From the NCBI RefSeq assembly GCF_000020025.1, contig NC_010628.1, positions 5,580,001-5,612,000 on the forward strand: 32,000 bases of DNA, in the 5' to 3' direction. Within the stretch, counting starts at the first letter, position 1. Each line of letters starts with the position of its first letter. The position numbers and the translations under genes were made by a program. Source of the DNA: Nostoc punctiforme PCC 73102 (lineage in GTDB: Bacteria; Cyanobacteriota; Cyanobacteriia; Cyanobacteriales; Nostocaceae). Under the pieces are notes generated by a model that saw only the letters and a list, made by a program, of their open reading frames with translations, had not been told where the DNA came from and made no database searches. This document shows, piece by piece, positions 1 through 8,250 of the stretch.

Positions 1-830
1 TTCAAGAACGGTTGCGAAAAGATGCTAATGAAGAAATTAGCAGTTTGCAAAAACGATTAGATGAAATTGAAAGTAAAATTGATGAATTAAATCGAGAACA
101 GGGTGCAAATCAGCAGCAAATTGCTCAACTCACAACTGAAATTGAAGGTTTAAACAAACAAATCGCCAAACAAAAGCTGAATGAAGACAAGCAAACTTTA
201 GCACAGCGACGAATTAACGCCACTCAAGATGCAATCGAACGGTTAACGGAAGTTAGAAATCGTCAAGAACAACAATTTCGTCTGCAACTAGAAAAGCGAG
301 TGCAGGAGATATTCACAGAGATTTCTGTTACTCCATACATTCCTAAAATTAGTGATAAATATGAACTGACATTAGTAGAAAATACTACAGGTGTGGAAGC
401 ACCAGTTGCAGCATCTACTGGGGAAAATCAGATTCTCAGCTTATCCTTTATTGCCAGCATCATTGACAAAGTGCGGGAATGGAGTGAGAAGCGAAAAATG
501 ATGATGATTCCCGATAGTAGTACTTTTCCAATTGTGATGGATTCGCCGTTTGGTAGTTTAGATGAGAATTCGCGGCGACATATAGCAAAGACAATTCCCC
601 AATTAGCGAATCAGTTGATAGTTTTAGTTACTAAGACTCAGTGGCGCGGTGAAGTGGAAGCAGAAATAACAGACAGAATTGGGAGAGAATATGTGCTTAC
701 GTATTATTCTTCTAAACCGGATTGTGAACAAGATTATATTGAGTTGAGTGGAGAAAGATATCCTTTGGTGAAACAAAGTCCGAATGAGTTTGAGTATACA
801 GAAATTATGGAAGTTGAACGAGATAGGTAA
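1..830 (+). CDS. DndD-like SMC/ABC-type ATPase, C-terminal part (5' end upstream of window)
   Basis: The frame is open back to position 3 (QERLRKD...), so the gene is cut by the window edge. A coiled-coil stretch (LQKRLDEIESKIDELNREQ...) is followed by signature-like STGENQILSLSF, Walker-B/D-loop FPIVMDSPFGSLDE and QLIVLVTKTQ. This is the same order as LSAGEKQLLAIAF / PVAIDTPLGRLD / QVILLSTDTE in the DndD at 8823-10808. Confidence 0.75.
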   Translation, partial: QERLRKDANEEISSLQKRLDEIESKIDELNREQGANQQQIAQLTTEIEGLNKQIAKQKLNEDKQTLAQRRINATQDAIERLTEVRNRQEQQFRLQLEKRVQEIFTEISVTPYIPKISDKYELTLVENTTGVEAPVAASTGENQILSLSFIASIIDKVREWSEKRKMMMIPDSSTFPIVMDSPFGSLDENSRRHIAKTIPQLANQLIVLVTKTQWRGEVEAEITDRIGREYVLTYYSSKPDCEQDYIELSGERYPLVKQSPNEFEYTEIMEVERDR

Positions 831-922
831 TTACAGCAGTTTTGATGTCTTTGACCCACATCTGTCATAAGGAAGTAGGCGAAAATATTTTTACAGGAAT
901 GATACAAAATACTTCTCAAATT

Positions 923-957
923 CTTATTCTCCGTGTTCTCTGTGCCTCTGTGGTTTT
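923..957 (-). repeat. Short dispersed repeat (SDR), family aaccgcagaggcgcagaggacgcggag, inverted copy
   Basis: The reverse complement (aaaaccacagaggcacagagaacacggagaataa) aligns at roughly 80% with the copies at 1332-1367 and 10809-10851. Confidence 0.7.
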
Positions 958-1031
958 ATTTTCCGTTACCTGTACATAAATCTGATTTTAGTTACAGTTG
1001 AGAAAATTGGCTTTTGAAAAGGAATAAGATT

Positions 1032-1370
1032 ATGGTTGCGAGTCCAGACAGAAACTATATGTCCCCCCAGGAATATCTGGAATGGGAAGAACGCCAAGAA
1101 ATTAAATATGAATATATTGATGGTGAAGTTTTCGCCATGACTGGGGAGACTTTGCAAGAATACGTCCTCATCGATGCTGAAAAAATTGGTTTAGATTGTT
1201 TTCGGTTAAATGATAGAGGACTTTGGGAGTTACATCCTTATGAGGAAGGGGATGAGGTTCATTTAACTAGTGCTGATTTTCACTTTCCTATTTCTTTGGT
1301 TTATGAGGATGTTCAGTTTGTAGGAAAAACGAACCGCAGAGGCGCAGAGGACGCGGAGAGAAGAGAGTAA
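1032..1370 (+). pseudogene. Uma2 (DUF820) family endonuclease remnant with internal deletion
   Basis: The Uma2 N-terminal block (SPQEYLEWEERQEIKYEYIDGEVFAMTG) joins directly to the family's C-terminal block (LQEYVLIDAEK...WELHPYEEGDEVHLTSADFHFPISLVYEDV). The central part, present in the full-length neighbour and expected to hold the nuclease core, is missing. The 3' end reads through an SDR (NRRGAEDAERRE). Confidence 0.6.
1332..1367 (+). repeat. Short dispersed repeat (SDR), direct copy
   Basis: The sequence aaccgcagaggcgcagaggacgcggagagaagagag matches the inverted copy at 923-957. Together the two bracket the Uma2 remnant. Confidence 0.7.
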
Positions 1371-1406
1371 AATTGAGATTATTACTAACTCATTAAAAGA
1401 TATTTT

Positions 1407-1958
1407 ATGAGTATTAAAACTGAAGCGACTATTGAAGATTTGTACCAATTACCAGACAATTGTAAAGCAGAGATTGTCAATGGGAAATTGGTGCTGATGT
1501 CTCCAACTGGATTTTTACCAGGACGTGCAGGTGGTGAAATTTATGCAAGTCTACGGGATTATAAACGATTGACAAAAAGTGGTTATGCTTTACCTGATAA
1601 TGTTGGTTTCATTGTCAATCTCCCTCATCATCGTTCTTTAAGTCCTGATGCGGCATTTTATACCGGCAAACCTACAGGTGGGAAGTTCCTTAATGGTGCG
1701 CCTGTGTTTGCTGCTGAGGTGAGAAGTGAAAATGATTATGGTGAGACAGCAGAGAAAGATATGGCTAGCAAACGCCGTGATTATTTTGCAGCTGGTACTT
1801 TGGTCGTTTGGGATGTGGATGTACTCAAAGAGGAAGTTATCAGAGTATACCGCGCTAGTAATCCCGAAGAAGCACAAGTGTATCGCCGTGGTGAGGTAGT
1901 GGAAGCTGAACCTGCGTTACCAGGATGGACTATGTTGGTGGATAATTTGTTTGTTTAG
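1407..1958 (+). CDS. Uma2 (DUF820) family putative endonuclease
   Basis: A 183-aa ORF with typical Uma2 layout: N-terminal TIEDLYQLPDNCKAEIVNGKLVLMSP, a central SPDAAF...APVFAAEVRSEND segment (PD...E.xS type core), and a C-terminal KRRDYFAAGTLVVWDVD block. Confidence 0.85.
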   Translation: MSIKTEATIEDLYQLPDNCKAEIVNGKLVLMSPTGFLPGRAGGEIYASLRDYKRLTKSGYALPDNVGFIVNLPHHRSLSPDAAFYTGKPTGGKFLNGAPVFAAEVRSENDYGETAEKDMASKRRDYFAAGTLVVWDVDVLKEEVIRVYRASNPEEAQVYRRGEVVEAEPALPGWTMLVDNLFV

Positions 1959-1967
1959 TGTTTGTTT

Positions 1968-2073
1968 AGCGATCGCCCACATACTATCATTAAATCATAC
2001 CTTTACAATTGCGTAAACGTAGCGATCGCCCACATACTATCATTAAATCATACCTTGGCAATTGCGTAAACGT
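1968..2073 (+). repeat. Tandem duplication, 2 x 53 bp, each unit starting with a HIP1 site
   Basis: The unit agcgatcgcccacatactatcattaaatcatacctt[ta/gg]caattgcgtaaacgt occurs at 1968-2020 and 2021-2073. The copies are 51/53 identical and differ only as TTTACA versus TTGGCA. Confidence 0.9.
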
Positions 2074-2126
2074 AGGCATAGCTTTTCGCTGTCGGTTAAG
2101 ATGGCAAAAATGTAAATATTAATATC

Positions 2127-2585
2127 ATGGCTGCAAATAGAATCAGGGTTGCTAAAGATAAGGCTGAGTTAGTGAAATCTCTAGTAGCATCAAAAGACAC
2201 AACTGGGCCTTTTCAAACTTATGTAGAAGTAATGGTGTTTGCAGCAGCCTTAGGCGTTAAATATAAAAAGCGCATTCCTTTAGACGTAATTTCTAAAGAT
2301 TTATCCCCACTGCGACAAGATTATTTTACTAGCAGCTTCACTCTGTTGATTAATTTGTTAGCTATCACTGAAACAGAAAACATTAAGATTTTAGACGATG
2401 ATAATGTTGCTGATGAGCAACGTATTCACATTTTTGAAGAGTATGCTAACGGTGGTTTAGGAATTATACAAAATGAACTACGCGGAGCAGTAGACTATTC
2501 AGAGAGAATACTATTAATTTTAATTTCTAAAAGATTTGATGATAGTTCAATAGAAGAAGAGTTTGATTTAACTAAATTACTCTAA
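2127..2585 (+). CDS. Small (152 aa) dnd-neighbourhood protein, function unknown; possible distant DndE-like fold
   Basis: ATG-started ORF and first gene of a tightly spaced three-gene operon. By eye it parallels DndE, with NRIRVAKDKAELVKSL versus ERIKLSQTAKDQLTKL and IFEEYANGGLGII versus LHLHRGIGYL. From memory, a curated family called 'DNA phosphorothioation-associated protein 4' lies next to DGQHR proteins. Membership is not verifiable here. Confidence 0.7.
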   Translation: MAANRIRVAKDKAELVKSLVASKDTTGPFQTYVEVMVFAAALGVKYKKRIPLDVISKDLSPLRQDYFTSSFTLLINLLAITETENIKILDDDNVADEQRIHIFEEYANGGLGIIQNELRGAVDYSERILLILISKRFDDSSIEEEFDLTKLL

Positions 2586-2619
2586 CATTTAAACATTTGC
2601 TAAGTTGTAACTACGATAA

Positions 2620-3651
2620 ATGTATCATACAATGATTGGAGAATATGCGGTGACAAATTATATTCAACTACCTGCATGGGAAATTAATCATCCTGGGGGT
2701 AAATTTTATACGTTTATATGTGATACCGAAACTTTGCTACGAATTGCCTATGTCTCTATGGAAGAAAGGAATAAGACGGGTGTTCAGAGACCATTAAGTG
2801 AGAGAAGATGTAAAGAAGTTGCTAAATTTATTAATTCTATTGATGCTGTTATTGCAAATAATATAATCCTCAATTTGCCAGAAGAGACAGAGTATATTCC
2901 TCCTAATACTGAAAGTTTAACTGGTATACTTAAATTCCCAGATAGAGAAAATTCGGCTTGGGTCGTTGATGGTCAGCATAGACTGTTTGGATTTAATTAT
3001 ACTGAAAAAAGACTGAATCTTCTATGCACAGGATTCATAAATATAGGCATAGAAAGCCAAGCCAAAATATTTATTACTATTAACAATGAGCAAAAGGGAA
3101 TTAATCCATCGGTTATTTATGATTTATTACCCTTAATTAAGGATGCTGATTTTAAAGAAAAACGAACACATAGTTTAGTGAAACAGCTAAATCAAGATCC
3201 TGAGTCTCCTTGGTATAATGAAATAAAGATGTTAGGTATTGGGAAGGGATTGGTTTCTCAAGCTGCATTTGCAAGAAATATTGAAATACTTATTGATTCT
3301 AATGGAGGTGTTTTATCACCTTATAATGAAAATCTACAATATGCCATATTAGTTAATTATTTTAATGCTTTTAAAGCGGTTTTTTCTGAAGAATGGGGCA
3401 GTAGTAAATACGTTTTAACAAAAGCAGTTGGTCTATCTGCAATGTGTGGAATTTTTCCCAAGGTTCATAGCCTATGTAGTAAAGATTTTACTGTTGAAAA
3501 TATAATAAAACAAATTTTCAATCTCCAGAAATTTGATTTTAGTAGTGCCAATTTAGGTAAAAGTACAAACAAGGTTGCGATTCAAAAGATTACGGCTGAT
3601 TTAAACAAAATGCTTCCTGAAATCTCAGATACATCTGATATCAAAATATAG
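2620..3651 (+). CDS. DGQHR domain protein (DndB paralogue, ParB-like fold)
   Basis: Carries the VVDGQHRLFGF motif, with an upstream GVQRPLSERRCKEVAKFI block and a downstream FITINNEQKGINPS block. It lies 34 bp after the preceding gene. Confidence 0.85.
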   Translation: MYHTMIGEYAVTNYIQLPAWEINHPGGKFYTFICDTETLLRIAYVSMEERNKTGVQRPLSERRCKEVAKFINSIDAVIANNIILNLPEETEYIPPNTESLTGILKFPDRENSAWVVDGQHRLFGFNYTEKRLNLLCTGFINIGIESQAKIFITINNEQKGINPSVIYDLLPLIKDADFKEKRTHSLVKQLNQDPESPWYNEIKMLGIGKGLVSQAAFARNIEILIDSNGGVLSPYNENLQYAILVNYFNAFKAVFSEEWGSSKYVLTKAVGLSAMCGIFPKVHSLCSKDFTVENIIKQIFNLQKFDFSSANLGKSTNKVAIQKITADLNKMLPEISDTSDIKI

Positions 3652-3670
3652 GAGATGTAGAATTAATTCA

Positions 3671-4621
3671 ATGCTCAACGATATTAGTACTACATTTAAT
3701 AAAAAAACTAGGCCAGGATTGAGTGATAGAAATTTTGATGTTCCTCTTTTAAAAGCTATAATTTATGATCAAATCAAGATTTATAATAGGCAATATTGTA
3801 TTAAAGTATATTTAAAAGATAAAATCACAAAATATGATGGATCAGACAAAGTATACAGTTTTGTAGATCAAGAATTAAAATCAGTTTTGCTGAATGAAGC
3901 AAACCTTCAATTTAGTAAAGCTCTTTATAATTGGTCAATATATAAAAAATTAGTTTCTAAAGGTCTGTGGTCATGGGCTTGTGTTACTTTATATTATGCA
4001 CAATTTTATTGTATTAATGGATTGCTTAATATTCAAGGTAATGCATTCTCTAGACCTAAACTTTTAACAAATATTGGCAAAGAAAAAGAGACAGTATTTC
4101 ATGTATATACTGAAGATTTTGCAGCAGGTAAATTCATTTTTGAAATGAGAAACTACAAACCTCATGAAGATGTATGGCGACAGTATTATAATGTGTACAA
4201 AAATTATAGATATAAAATATCATCTTACAATGAACTTTACCAATATGACATAGATAACCAGTTTGCTATTTTAGAAATTAGGCATCGTGCCAATTATGAT
4301 ACTGCTTTTTTATTAGAGGATTTTATTGAATATTTACTGCCTACAAACGAGCTTGAAGATTTTGCGCTCAAAATGCAGCCTAATATTTTTGAAACATCTT
4401 GGACAGAAGACGAATTCTTAAAATTAGAATATATTGCTTCCTTAAGAATTAAGTTATTATTTGATATTCTTCACGAGATTTTAGGCATAAGTAGTCATTT
4501 AGAAACTATTAGAAAAGATTTATATTTGGAACGTGCAAGTATGTTAAATAATCTTAAAGATGATACACCAGTTAAGGACTGTTTCCTTAATTGGATCGAT
4601 GAGAATAATATTATTATCTGA
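3671..4621 (+). CDS. Hypothetical 316-aa protein with HEPN/UPF0332-like sequence pattern
   Basis: Starts 19 bp after the DGQHR gene and is very AT-rich. The pattern GLWSWACVTLYYAQFYCINGLLNIQG ... ILEIRHRANYD resembles the HEPN (PF05168/UPF0332) helices YYAxFxxxxALL..G and lRxxa(D/N)Y. This is a by-eye call only. Confidence 0.65.
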   Translation: MLNDISTTFNKKTRPGLSDRNFDVPLLKAIIYDQIKIYNRQYCIKVYLKDKITKYDGSDKVYSFVDQELKSVLLNEANLQFSKALYNWSIYKKLVSKGLWSWACVTLYYAQFYCINGLLNIQGNAFSRPKLLTNIGKEKETVFHVYTEDFAAGKFIFEMRNYKPHEDVWRQYYNVYKNYRYKISSYNELYQYDIDNQFAILEIRHRANYDTAFLLEDFIEYLLPTNELEDFALKMQPNIFETSWTEDEFLKLEYIASLRIKLLFDILHEILGISSHLETIRKDLYLERASMLNNLKDDTPVKDCFLNWIDENNIII

Positions 4622-4752
4622 CAATAAGTTAATTTGAGAAGAGTATTTTAAGTGAACAGTATAGATAAAATTTACACCTCATTTAGCCTCTTTCAACTTG
4701 AGAAGGATGATAACGAGGCATGGTTTAACTATGGACAAGTGACCGCTCGGAA

Positions 4753-6351
4753 TTACAAGACAGTTGGAAGTCCTACTGCTTTCGGTTCAACAAACTTACC
4801 ATCAAAACCTATAGTTTTATCTTCCACAGTCCTAGCATCTGCTAAAGCCTTACGAAGTTCAGCACGTTCCATCTGTTCCTGAATTCCACCCAGGATGTAA
4901 ACCAATAACTTCGCCGCTAAATCTCGCCCAGCAACCTGCACCCGCTTTTTATTTGGGTCATATAAAATCCCATACCAGAGAGATTGGGGATATTCCATAC
5001 CGCTAAAGCCGCCTTGCTGGTCAAACTTCCGTAGCTTCTTAAAAATATCTGCTAGAGAAAAACCTTTTTTAAATACCAAAATTCCCAAAGCTTGCGCTAA
5101 TGCAACTTGAGCAACCGGACGGAAAAGCATATTTCCTTCACCTCCATCCTTCTCAAAACTGAATCGCCGTAAAGCTGGTGTATCCTCGTGTTCTAAAATT
5201 TTATAACTGGAAAGACTAGCCAAATTATCAAATAGCTTGCTAAATTCCTGAATCCCCTGCTCAAGTTCTTCATCCTCTGGACGCATTGGAATTAGACCTT
5301 TCTCCAAGGGTTTCCAGTGGGGGAACTTTTGAGCCAAATATCGCTCAGACATATCTTGCAGAGCTTGCAAAGTCGTCAAAACTGTAGAATTGGAAGCTAC
5401 TGTTGCACTATTCCAATTAACACGAGGTTTGCGTTCTTGTTGCTGTTCTAATAGTGGATGTGTAACTGCAATTTTTCTAGCGACGATCGCAAAACCATCA
5501 TCTTCATTCAACTGTGTTAGTTGCCCTTTAGTCAATGGTGCAGCCATCAGGTTGACATGAACAAAAATCGATCTTACCCTCCGCCTCGCCTGGGTGCGAG
5601 TTTCCCCAGCCGCTACCGCACAGATGAACTCAATACCAATTTTTTCCTTGGGTAAATTTTGCAAGTAAGCAAGGTCTACTTGGTACTTTTCTATCAAATC
5701 ATTGACTGTAATAAAACTGTCATCAACACCTTTATCTTTTTTATAGCGCTGGAGTTTACGAGTTTTGATTAACTCCATCAACCCCTGAACTCCCATCAGT
5801 CGATGTTGTCCATCTAGTGCATAAATGGTTACATCATCCTCAGAAATATTTAGCAGACCTACCTTACCGTCTTTATCTAGGGGTATAAAATCAGTCGTAG
5901 ACTTGGTGGCGCGTCCTTCGCTATCCCACTCAGCAGCTTTGGGATTATCCACCCACGGTTGATTAATCACCACCAGCACCGGCGGGAACTTATGATTGTC
6001 TCTAGCCGCTAAATACTGGACTAGCGGTGCTTGACGTGACCAATCAAGGGGACGCTGCTGAATTTCATCAATACTATCTGCATCAATTTCGACATTATCA
6101 GTTTCAGGATTATACTTTTTCTGAAATAGAGGTAAGCCAGAGGCGAAGTGAACCCGACCTGCAAACCATTCCAATGTAACAGAGCTAACATAAGCCTCAG
6201 TACCACCCATCTCGGTTTTTTGAACGAGAATCTGATCTTTTCTCCCTAAAAACTTCTCTAGGAGTAAAGCTAGTACCTGCTTTTCCTTGTTTTCTCGTTC
6301 CAGGTATTCTCTAGCGATGTCAGCAGTTGGGTCGGATGCACTGTCTTTCAT
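4753..6351 (-). CDS. dndB: DNA sulfur modification protein DndB (DGQHR domain), long 532-aa form
   Basis: Carries the IYALDGQHRLMGVQG motif and the IFVHVNLMAAPLTKGQ block. It is divergently placed next to dndC. Confidence 0.85.
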   Translation of the reverse strand: MKDSASDPTADIAREYLERENKEKQVLALLLEKFLGRKDQILVQKTEMGGTEAYVSSVTLEWFAGRVHFASGLPLFQKKYNPETDNVEIDADSIDEIQQRPLDWSRQAPLVQYLAARDNHKFPPVLVVINQPWVDNPKAAEWDSEGRATKSTTDFIPLDKDGKVGLLNISEDDVTIYALDGQHRLMGVQGLMELIKTRKLQRYKKDKGVDDSFITVNDLIEKYQVDLAYLQNLPKEKIGIEFICAVAAGETRTQARRRVRSIFVHVNLMAAPLTKGQLTQLNEDDGFAIVARKIAVTHPLLEQQQERKPRVNWNSATVASNSTVLTTLQALQDMSERYLAQKFPHWKPLEKGLIPMRPEDEELEQGIQEFSKLFDNLASLSSYKILEHEDTPALRRFSFEKDGGEGNMLFRPVAQVALAQALGILVFKKGFSLADIFKKLRKFDQQGGFSGMEYPQSLWYGILYDPNKKRVQVAGRDLAAKLLVYILGGIQEQMERAELRKALADARTVEDKTIGFDGKFVEPKAVGLPTVL

Positions 6352-6440
6352 GTTAAATTTTAAAAATAGAATAGTATTATGTAGTTCAATTATCCAAAAA
6401 ACTGGATATTAGTAGTAAAGTTTTTAAAAACTGTTTTTTC

Positions 6441-6499
6441 AAACCACGGAGGTGGGTTTTGTCTGTATAGCCGCGAATTCTATTCGCCCTATTCGCCCG
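6441..6499 (-). repeat. REP-like element (two-hairpin unit), inverted orientation, in the dndB-dndC divergent spacer
   Basis: The reverse complement cgggcgaatagggcgaatagaattcgcggctatacagacaaaacccacctccgtggttt matches the copies at 8178-8234, 8251-8305 and 8745-8796. Confidence 0.8.
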
Positions 6500-6533
6500 A
6501 ATATTAAGCCAGTGTTTCCAGAGAGAAGGAGAA

Positions 6534-8159
6534 ATGACTACAGCACAACAAACAGAAAATAAAGGTCAGCAGACACGTACTGTAGCAGAGTTAGTGGAAG
6601 ATATCAAAGCTCTCACTACTGAAATTCAAGAATTGTATTGTTTGGATCAGATACCTTGGGTTTTAGGTGTGTCTTGGGGAAAAGACTCTAGCACAGTATT
6701 GCAGCTTGTGTGGAATGCGATCGCTGCTCTTCCTCCAGAAAAAAGAACTAAAACGGTTTATGTAATTACAACCGATACTCAGGTAGAAAATCCTGTAGTG
6801 TCTGCTTGGGTTCGCAAATCCTTGCAGAATCTCAAGATAGCTGCAAAAGAACAGGGGATGCCAATCGATCCACATTTACTACAACCAGTAATTCAAGACA
6901 CATTTTGGGTAAATCTTATTGGTAAAGGATATCCAGCACCTCGTAACCAGTTTCGCTGGTGTACACCACGTTTAAAAATTAATCCTGCTAATCAATTCAT
7001 CCGTGAAATAGTTAGAGCTAACGGTGAAACAATTCTTGTATTGGGTACTCGCAAAGCAGAAAGCTCAAAACGTGCCGCCACAATGAAAAAGCATCAGGTT
7101 GATAGAGTACGAGATCGCCTGAGTCCTAATGCCAGCTTACCCAACTCCTTAATCTATACCCCTATTGAAGATTGGAGTAATAACGATGTCTGGATATATC
7201 TAAATCAGTGGAATAATCCTTGGGGACAAAGCAATAAAGAATTATTCACGATGTATCGAGGTGCAACAGCTGATAATGAATGTCCACTAGTTGTTGATAC
7301 TTCTACTCCTAGCTGTGGTGATTCCCGATTTGGCTGTTGGGTTTGCACACTAGTGAGTAAAGATAAATCAATGGAAGCAATGATCCAAAATGATGAAGAA
7401 AAAGAATGGATGCAGCCATTATTAGATATCCGTAACGAGCTAGATATTAAAGATGACCGAGACAAAAGAGATTTTAGAAGAATTTGGGGTGAGGTACAAC
7501 TTTTTGAGCGTAACAAAGATGGGAAGATATCTGTTGATCCAATACCTGGGCCTTATACAAAATATTGGCGCGAATATTGGCTTAAACGATTATTAGAAGC
7601 GCAAATAAAAACACGTCGGACAGCGCCAGAAAATATGCGCGACATCACTCTAATTACTCTAGAAGAAATGAGCGAAATTCGCCGCATTTGGCTAGAAGAT
7701 AAACACGAATTTGATGATAGCTTACCCCGGATTTATCAAGAAGTGACTGGAGAAGAATTTCAAGATCCTCGTCCTGGCGCTGACTATAGCCTACTAGGTC
7801 GTGATGAATGGATAGTATTAGAAGAAATCTGTGAAGGTGACGCGATGCACTTGGAACTCATGGCGAAATTGTTAGATACAGAACGCCAGTATCGCAAAAA
7901 GACTCGTCGTGTGGGAATATATGAAACTTTAGAAAAATGCTTTAATACGAGTTCCCGTTCTCCAGAAGATGCGATTAAAAATGCTCGTTTGAAACGCGAA
8001 TTAAGCGAAGCAGTTAGTCAAGGTGACGTTGCAAAAGTCAAGCAGATGACTTTAGGCGATGTTGCAGCAATCAATGAAGTAGATGAAGGTCAAAGTGAAA
8101 GTGATGAAGAGGTAACTTGGGCAAGTATGAAATTTAAAAAGGAAAATTCAGAAGAATAG
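6534..8159 (+). CDS. dndC: DNA phosphorothioation protein DndC (PAPS reductase/PP-loop family)
   Basis: A 541-aa ORF with a PP-loop-like VSWGKDSS motif, the Cys cluster CPLVVDTSTPSCGDSRFGCWVC, and FRWCTPRLKI. Confidence 0.9.
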   Translation: MTTAQQTENKGQQTRTVAELVEDIKALTTEIQELYCLDQIPWVLGVSWGKDSSTVLQLVWNAIAALPPEKRTKTVYVITTDTQVENPVVSAWVRKSLQNLKIAAKEQGMPIDPHLLQPVIQDTFWVNLIGKGYPAPRNQFRWCTPRLKINPANQFIREIVRANGETILVLGTRKAESSKRAATMKKHQVDRVRDRLSPNASLPNSLIYTPIEDWSNNDVWIYLNQWNNPWGQSNKELFTMYRGATADNECPLVVDTSTPSCGDSRFGCWVCTLVSKDKSMEAMIQNDEEKEWMQPLLDIRNELDIKDDRDKRDFRRIWGEVQLFERNKDGKISVDPIPGPYTKYWREYWLKRLLEAQIKTRRTAPENMRDITLITLEEMSEIRRIWLEDKHEFDDSLPRIYQEVTGEEFQDPRPGADYSLLGRDEWIVLEEICEGDAMHLELMAKLLDTERQYRKKTRRVGIYETLEKCFNTSSRSPEDAIKNARLKRELSEAVSQGDVAKVKQMTLGDVAAINEVDEGQSESDEEVTWASMKFKKENSEE

Positions 8160-8177
8160 AAGACCGAGTGAATAAAA

Positions 8178-8234
8178 GACCGGGCGAATGGAATTCGCGG
8201 CTACACAGACGAAACCCACCTCCGTGGGTTGAAG
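8178..8234 (+). repeat. REP-like element copy A
   Basis: The sequence is gaccgggcgaatggaattcgcggctacacagacgaaacccacctccgtgggttgaag. It has two hairpins: gcgaat/attcgc and aacccac/gtgggtt. Confidence 0.8.
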
Positions 8235-8250
8235 ACAAATAAGTTTAATT

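Noticed and set aside
2001-2080. Sigma70-type promoter in the 53-bp repeat (TTTACA / TTGGCA as -35)
   Set aside because: With 16-18 bp spacing the candidate -10 hexamers (atcgcc, atagct) are poor. The promoter is kept only as a possibility inside the tandem-repeat finding.
4652-4882. 76-aa plus-strand ORF (GTG start) between the cassette and dndB
   Set aside because: It overlaps the 3' end of dndB by about 130 nt on the opposite strand and has no recognisable motif. Its composition follows the dndB antisense strand, so it is most likely a shadow ORF.
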